From a virus, in UHGV virus genome UHGV-0036156: DNA of 33,121 nt. The stretch is one strand, 5' to 3'. Shown one piece after another: positions 27,660 to 33,121 of the stretch; the first letter of the stretch is position 1; the number at the start of each line of letters is the position of its first letter. The translations under genes and the position numbers were made by a program. The notes under the pieces were generated by a model, which was not told where the DNA came from, did no database searches, and worked only from the letters and a program-made list of their open reading frames with translations.

Positions 27660-28791
27660 TACCGTCACGCTGCGAACGGATGGCAGGCTTTTTACCGGCT
27701 GGACGTCAGTCTCTGTCACCCGCTCGATTGAATCCGTAGCCGGATATTTTGAGCTGGGGGTGAACGTGCCATCGGGTACGGATTTATCCGGGCTGGCACC
27801 GGGGAAGGCGTTCACGCTCGAAATCGACGGGCAGATTGTCTGCACCGGTTATATCGATTCGCGGCGACGCCAGATGACCGCTGACAGCATGAAAATCACT
27901 ATCGCCGGACGTGACAAAACGGCTGACCTGATTGACTGTGCTGCCGTTTACAGTGGCGGACAGTGGAAAAACCGCACACTGGAGCAGATTGCGCGTGACC
28001 TGTGCGCTCCTTATGGCGTTACCGTTCGCTGGGAGCTTTCCGATAAGGAAAGTTCGGCAGCTTTTCCCGGCTTCACGCTGGACCATTCAGAAACCGTTTA
28101 TGAGGCGCTGGTGCGTGCCTCCCGCGCACGCGGTGTACTGATGACCAGCAATGCCGCAGGAGAGCTGGTATTCAGCCGGGCTGCCAGCACAGCAACTGAT
28201 GAGCTGGTTCTCGGAGAAAATCTGCTGACACTGGATTTTGAGGAAGACTTCCGCGACCGGTTCAGCGAATACACCGTCAAGGGGTATGCCCGCGCAAATG
28301 GTGCTGAGGGTGATGATATTGATGCGAAAAGTATCGTCTCCCGGAAAGGGACCGCCACTGACAGTGATGTGACCCGTTACAGACCGATGATCATCATTGC
28401 TGACAGCAAAATTACAGCGAAGGATGCACAGGCCCGCGCCCTGCGTGAGCAACGCCGCAGACTGGCAAAATCCATCACCTTTGAGGCTGAAATTGACGGA
28501 TGGACTCGCAAGGACGGGCAACTCTGGATGCCGAACCTGCTGGTCACTATTGATGCCTCGAAATATGCCATCAAAACCACGGAATTACTGGTCAGCAAAG
28601 TCACCCTGATACTGAATGACCAGGACGGGCTGAAAACCCGCGTCAGCCTTGCACCACGCGAAGGCTTTCTGGTGCCGGTTGAAAGCGACCGTAAAAACAG
28701 GAAAGGCGGCGACAGTAACGGCGGTATTGATGCGCTGGTTGAAGATTATTATCGCAGACACCCGGAGAAAACACCGCCGTGGAAAGAGTAA
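27652..28791 (+). CDS. Baseplate hub protein (Mu P/gp44-like)
   Basis: 379 aa, synteny. Confidence 0.85.
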   Translation: MSNTVTLRTDGRLFTGWTSVSVTRSIESVAGYFELGVNVPSGTDLSGLAPGKAFTLEIDGQIVCTGYIDSRRRQMTADSMKITIAGRDKTADLIDCAAVYSGGQWKNRTLEQIARDLCAPYGVTVRWELSDKESSAAFPGFTLDHSETVYEALVRASRARGVLMTSNAAGELVFSRAASTATDELVLGENLLTLDFEEDFRDRFSEYTVKGYARANGAEGDDIDAKSIVSRKGTATDSDVTRYRPMIIIADSKITAKDAQARALREQRRRLAKSITFEAEIDGWTRKDGQLWMPNLLVTIDASKYAIKTTELLVSKVTLILNDQDGLKTRVSLAPREGFLVPVESDRKNRKGGDSNGGIDALVEDYYRRHPEKTPPWKE

Positions 28792-29372
28792 ATGATTCCG
28801 CCCTGAACCGCCTGCTGACGCCGCTGATGCGTCGTGTACGCCTGATGCTTGCGCGCGCTGTTGTTAACGTGATTAACGACGGGCGAAAGGTTCAGAACCT
28901 GCAGGTCGGTCTGCTGGATGATGAGGAATCTGATGAAGTGGAGCGCCTGCAAAATTACGGACATTTCAGCGTTCCTCTGCCGGGCGCAGAGGCGCTGATT
29001 GCCTGTGTGGGCGCACAACGTGATCAGGGGATTGCTGTTGTGGTGGAAGACCGCCGCTACCGCCCGACAAATCTTGAACCGGGTGATGCAGGCATTTACC
29101 ACCATGAGGGGCATCGTATCAGGCTGACAAAGGACGGACGCTGCATCATTACCTGTAAAACGGTTGAGGTTTACGCTGATGAAAGTATGACCGTTGACAC
29201 ACCCAGAACCACGTTTACCGGCGACGTTGAGATCCAGAAAGGTCTGGGCGTTAAAGGTAAAAGCCAGTTCGACAGCAATATTACTGCCCCGGATGCCATC
29301 ATCAATGGCAAATCGACGGATAAGCATATCCACCGTGGCGACAGCGGCGGAACCACGGGGCCAATGCAATGA
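28779..29372 (+). CDS. Baseplate spike/assembly protein V-like (Mu gp45)
   Basis: 197 aa, synteny. Confidence 0.8.
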   Translation: MERVNDSALNRLLTPLMRRVRLMLARAVVNVINDGRKVQNLQVGLLDDEESDEVERLQNYGHFSVPLPGAEALIACVGAQRDQGIAVVVEDRRYRPTNLEPGDAGIYHHEGHRIRLTKDGRCIITCKTVEVYADESMTVDTPRTTFTGDVEIQKGLGVKGKSQFDSNITAPDAIINGKSTDKHIHRGDSGGTTGPMQ

Positions 29373-29806
29373 CCGATTTAGCCATTATCTGGACGAACGG
29401 GCGCGGCGATATTGCACAGGATGGCATTGATATGCTGACCGACGACAGCCTGACAACCGATGTGACAATCTCCCTGTTTACCGACCGGCGCGCGCTGGAT
29501 TCTGACACGCTGCCGGATGGTTCAGATGATCGCCGTGGATGGTGGGGTGACAGTTACCGCGACCGCCCCATCGGTTCGCGGTTGTGGCTGTTATCACGTG
29601 AAAAAGCCACGCCGGATACGCTGGAACGCGCCAGAGGGTATGCCGAAGAGGCGCTGGAATGGCTGAAAACAGCGGGCCGGGTAAGTGCGATTAACGTCAG
29701 AGCGGAACAGTTACATCAGGGCTGGTTATACCTCTACATTGCACTGACATTACCGGATGGTTCCGTTATTCCTTATGAGTTTAAAGCAGCATTTAACGGG
29801 GTTTAA
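29369..29806 (+). CDS. Baseplate wedge protein, W-like (Mu gp46)
   Basis: 145 aa, synteny. Confidence 0.75.
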   Translation: MTDLAIIWTNGRGDIAQDGIDMLTDDSLTTDVTISLFTDRRALDSDTLPDGSDDRRGWWGDSYRDRPIGSRLWLLSREKATPDTLERARGYAEEALEWLKTAGRVSAINVRAEQLHQGWLYLYIALTLPDGSVIPYEFKAAFNGV

Positions 29807-30889
29807 ATGGCTTATTCACCACCGACATTATCATCGCTGATTGCCCGTACAGAACAAAATATTGAACAGCGCCTGCCGGGTAGCTGGCCTCAGGCCCGTG
29901 AAAAAACGCTGAGTGCCATTGCTTATGCTCAGGCGGGCCTTGCTGCCGGTTGTCACGAGCATATTTCATGGGTTGGACGGCAGATTATCCCGTCGACAGC
30001 AGATGAAGATGAGTTGCTGGAGCACTGCCGGTTCTGGGGCGTGCGCCGCAAACAGGCGACAGCAGCCAGCGGCCCGCTGACTGTCACCACATCGGCAGCG
30101 ACCACCATTCCTGCCGGTACACGCTGGCAGCGTGCTGATGGTGTGGTTTACAGCCTGGCTGATGCCATTGTGATTGACCGTGCAGGAACGACGGAAATTA
30201 CCGTTACCGCACTGGCTGCCGGTGAAGCAGGAAATACCGGTGAGAATACCCTTTTAACGTTGATCACCCCGGTTGCCTGTGTTGTTTCCGATGCCATCAC
30301 TGTAAAAGGGTTTTCCGGTGGGGCTGATATTGAGAGTGCAGCGGAGCTGCTGTCACGGCTGGAATATCGTGTCCAGTATCCTCCGTTCGGCGGTAATCAG
30401 TTTGATTATGTTCGCTGGGCGCGTGAAGTCAGCGGCGTTACCCGTGCCTGGTGTTTTCCGACATGGAAAGGCGGTGGCACAGTCGGGGTGACGTTTGTTA
30501 TGGATAACCGGAGCAATATTTTTCCACAACCGGCAGACGTGGAACGCGTGGCGGATTATATCGCCGGTCATACTGACCCGATCACTGGTCTGATTGTCGG
30601 ACAGCCTGACGGTGTAAATGTCACGGTATTTGCGCCAAAGGCAAAGCCGGTAAATCCACGGATTTATATATCACCGAAGACAGCCGAACTGAAACAGGCT
30701 ATTACCAACGCCATTAATACCATGTTTTTTAATGAGGTGACGCCGGGCGGCGCACTTGCCCCCTCCCGTATTATCCGTGCGGTGGCAGGTGTTACCGGTC
30801 TGGATGATTTTGAAGTGCGTTTCCCGACAGAGATCCAGCGTTCGGAGAATACGGAACTGTTAACACCGGGGACAATTGAATGGCTGTAA
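29807..30889 (+). CDS. Baseplate J-like protein (Mu gp47)
   Basis: 360 aa, synteny. Confidence 0.85.
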   Translation: MAYSPPTLSSLIARTEQNIEQRLPGSWPQAREKTLSAIAYAQAGLAAGCHEHISWVGRQIIPSTADEDELLEHCRFWGVRRKQATAASGPLTVTTSAATTIPAGTRWQRADGVVYSLADAIVIDRAGTTEITVTALAAGEAGNTGENTLLTLITPVACVVSDAITVKGFSGGADIESAAELLSRLEYRVQYPPFGGNQFDYVRWAREVSGVTRAWCFPTWKGGGTVGVTFVMDNRSNIFPQPADVERVADYIAGHTDPITGLIVGQPDGVNVTVFAPKAKPVNPRIYISPKTAELKQAITNAINTMFFNEVTPGGALAPSRIIRAVAGVTGLDDFEVRFPTEIQRSENTELLTPGTIEWL

Positions 30890-31422
30890 CACCCTGGCAG
30901 ACGGCCTTTCTGCAATTACTGCCGTCAGGGCTTGCCTGGAATAAAAGCCCCGACAGCAAATTATCTGCGCTGGCGCAGGCCATCAGCGACGTGATTGCCA
31001 CTGCGGCGGATGATGCGCGGCAAATGCTGCGGGAGCGTTTCCCTTCCACATCCCGCTGGTATCTGGGTGAGTGGGAATCATTTCTGGGGTTGCCGGACTG
31101 TACCAGCGAAAACGGCACCCTGTCAGAACGCCAGCGGGCTGCCGCAAATAAAATGCGTATGACCGGCAATCTGAGTAGGCGCTTTTATGAATGGCTGGCT
31201 GCGCAGTACGGTTTTACCGTCAGGCTGACGGATTCCACAGAAGGCCAGTGGGTTACGCAGGTCAATATTTACGGTATTAAAAATTATCGCAACGCAACGG
31301 TGCTGGATAATGTTCTGACGCCGTTACGTGTTTATGAATCGGGTGCGCTGGAATGTTTACTGGAGAAATATAAACCCGCGCATCAGATTTATAAATTTGT
31401 TTACCATGACGGAGATAACTAA
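30880..31422 (+). CDS. Baseplate/tail-fibre attachment protein (Mu gp48)
   Basis: 180 aa, immediately upstream of the tail-fibre gene. Confidence 0.75.
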   Translation: MAVTPWQTAFLQLLPSGLAWNKSPDSKLSALAQAISDVIATAADDARQMLRERFPSTSRWYLGEWESFLGLPDCTSENGTLSERQRAAANKMRMTGNLSRRFYEWLAAQYGFTVRLTDSTEGQWVTQVNIYGIKNYRNATVLDNVLTPLRVYESGALECLLEKYKPAHQIYKFVYHDGDN

Positions 31423-32948
31423 TGTTTTATATTGATAACGACAGCGGCGTAACCGTCATGCCGCCCGTATCCGCCCAGCGTAGTGCTATCGTTCGCTGGT
31501 TTTCAGAAGGTGACGGGAATAATGTTATCACATGGCCCGGCATGGACTGGTTTAATATTGTGCAGGCGGAGTTATTAAACACGCTGGAAGAAGCCGGTAT
31601 TCAACCGGATAAAACAAAATTAAACCAGCTTGCACTGTCCATTAAAGCCATTATGAGCAATAACGCGCTGCTGATAAAAAATAACCTCAGCGAAATTAAA
31701 ACTGCCGGGGCATCAGCACAGCGTACAGCACGTGAAAATCTGGATATCTGGGATGCCAGCCTGAACAAAAAAGGACTCGTTCAGTTAACCAGTGCCACTG
31801 ACAGCCCCAGTGAAACGCTGGCAGCCACCGCAAAAGCGGTGAAAATTGCGATGGATAATGCCAATGCCCGTCTGGCAAAAGACCGGAACGGAGCAGATAT
31901 TCCCAATAAGCCGCTGTTTATCCAAAACGTCGGTTTACAGGAAACGGTAAACAAGGCTGGTAATGCCGTTCAAAAGACAGGCGATACCTTGTCAGGCGGA
32001 CTTACTTTTGAAAACGACTCAATCCTTGCCTGGATTCGGAATACTGACTGGGCAAAGATTGGATTTAAAAATGATGCCGACAGCGATACTGATTCATACA
32101 TGTGGTTTGAAACAGGCGACAACGGCAATGAATATTTCAAATGGAGAAGCCGCCAGAGCACCACAACAAAAGACCTGATGACTCTTAAATGGGATGCTTT
32201 GTCTGTCCTTGTTAAAGCCCTTTTCAGCAGTGAAGTAAAAATATCGACAGTCAATGCACTGAGGATATTTAATTCATCTTTTGGTGCCATTTTTCGCCGT
32301 TCTGAAGAATGCCTGCATATCATCCCTACACGAGAGAATGAGGGGGAAAATGGTGATATAGGGCCACTACGTCCCTTTACACTTAATCTCAGAACTGGCC
32401 GTATAACTATGGGGCATGGTCTGGATGTTACAGGAGATATAACAACTAACTCCTGGGTGTATGCAAACAGGTTTGCTATTAATAGTGGTTCAACCTCATG
32501 GATTGATATGCGAAACCAGAATGTCATTTTTGGTAGAAACGCAGTATCAACAAGTTCTGCGCAGGCTTTGTTAAGACAAGACCATGCAGAACGCAAATTT
32601 TTTGTCGGTGGACTTGGTAACTACCAGTTTGGTTTTTACATGATTAATAATTCAAGGACAGCCAATGGCACCGATGGTCAGGCGTACATGGATAATAACG
32701 GGAACTGGCTTTGCGGTGCGCAAGTTATTCCCGGCAACTATGGCAATTTTGACTCACGCTATGTGAGAGATGTCCGACTTGGCACACGTGTTGTTCAATT
32801 GATGGCGCGTGGTGGTCGTTATGAAAAAGCCGGACACGCAATTACCGGATTAAGAATCATTGGTGAAGTAGATGGCGATGATGAAGCCATCTTCAGACCA
32901 ATACAAAAATACATCAATGGCACATGGTATAACGTCGCACAGGTGTAA
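31422..32948 (+). CDS. Tail fibre protein (Mu S-like) with constant N-terminus and invertible C-terminal part
   Basis: 508 aa; a gix-like recombination site lies in-frame about 165 codons into the gene; the downstream part is AT-rich. Confidence 0.85.
   Translation: MFYIDNDSGVTVMPPVSAQRSAIVRWFSEGDGNNVITWPGMDWFNIVQAELLNTLEEAGIQPDKTKLNQLALSIKAIMSNNALLIKNNLSEIKTAGASAQRTARENLDIWDASLNKKGLVQLTSATDSPSETLAATAKAVKIAMDNANARLAKDRNGADIPNKPLFIQNVGLQETVNKAGNAVQKTGDTLSGGLTFENDSILAWIRNTDWAKIGFKNDADSDTDSYMWFETGDNGNEYFKWRSRQSTTTKDLMTLKWDALSVLVKALFSSEVKISTVNALRIFNSSFGAIFRRSEECLHIIPTRENEGENGDIGPLRPFTLNLRTGRITMGHGLDVTGDITTNSWVYANRFAINSGSTSWIDMRNQNVIFGRNAVSTSSAQALLRQDHAERKFFVGGLGNYQFGFYMINNSRTANGTDGQAYMDNNGNWLCGAQVIPGNYGNFDSRYVRDVRLGTRVVQLMARGGRYEKAGHAITGLRIIGEVDGDDEAIFRPIQKYINGTWYNVAQV
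31918..31943. other. gix/hix-type invertase recombination site (left boundary of an invertible tail-fibre segment)
   Basis: TTATCCAAAACG-TC-GGTTTACAGGAA, a 26-bp imperfect palindrome differing at one position from my recollection of the Mu gix sequence. Confidence 0.75.
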
Positions 32949-32951
32949 ATT

Positions 32952-33121
32952 ATGCAGCATTTAAAAAATATTAAGTCAGGAAATCCAAAAACAAAAGAGC
33001 AATATCAATTAACAAAGAATTTTGACGTAATCTGGTTGTGGTCTGAAGACGGAAAAAACTGGTATGAGGAAGTGAAAAACTTTCAGCCAGACACAATAAA
33101 GATTGTTTACGATGCAAATAA
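32952..33121 (+). CDS. Tail fibre assembly protein (Mu U-like), 5' part only; truncated by window end
   Basis: Begins [54 protein letters not shown], a typical tail-fibre-assembly N-terminus, 3 nt after the tail-fibre stop. Confidence 0.8.
   Translation, partial: MQHLKNIKSGNPKTKEQYQLTKNFDVIWLWSEDGKNWYEEVKNFQPDTIKIVYDAN

Larger units (their letters stand above)
77..33121 (+). mobile_element. Mu-like transposable prophage (left end to tail fibre and start of invertible segment; right end outside window)
   Basis: Mu-type left terminus starting 5'-TG at 77, MuA-type end-binding repeats, then c/ner/A/B/gam/mor/C and head-tail genes in Mu order. Confidence 0.9.

Noticed and set aside
1-33121. Search for tRNA, rRNA, integrase, or a canonical multi-gene defence system (restriction-modification, CBASS, retron, toxin-antitoxin with recognisable domains)
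   Set aside because: No cloverleaf-like or rRNA-like sequence and no large non-structural enzyme genes were seen; all large ORFs are accounted for by transposition, head and tail functions. Mu-type phages integrate by transposition, so the absence of an integrase is expected.

Overview
This window is almost entirely one Mu-like transposable prophage, read from its left end (attL, host junction at 76/77) through the tail-fibre gene and into the start of an invertible host-range segment; the right end lies beyond the window. Gene order follows the Mu plan: repressor (minus strand), operator region, ner, transposase A, ATPase B, about a dozen small early accessory genes including gam, gemA, mor, an early-operon terminator, a GH108 endolysin lysis cassette, the late activator C, a gp22-like lysozyme homologue, releasin-like and small/large terminase genes, portal, head and tail genes, tape measure, baseplate and tail fibre. 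I found no canonical multi-gene defence system, CRISPR array, tRNA or rRNA. The observations most worth follow-up are: a lysozyme-fold gene at the Mu lys position that appears to lack the catalytic Glu and is C-terminally shortened, next to an acquired GH108 lysis module; two counter-oriented small genes (7513..7929 and 12582..12767) embedded in lytic operons; a repeat-bearing central intergenic region at the position of the Mu strong gyrase site; a shared ATAACCCCG motif upstream of late operons; and a gix-like site inside the tail-fibre gene. All protein identifications rest on motif recognition, length and synteny read by eye; no database search was run. Coordinates of CDS follow the ORF track; where a better internal start is likely it is stated in the evidence.
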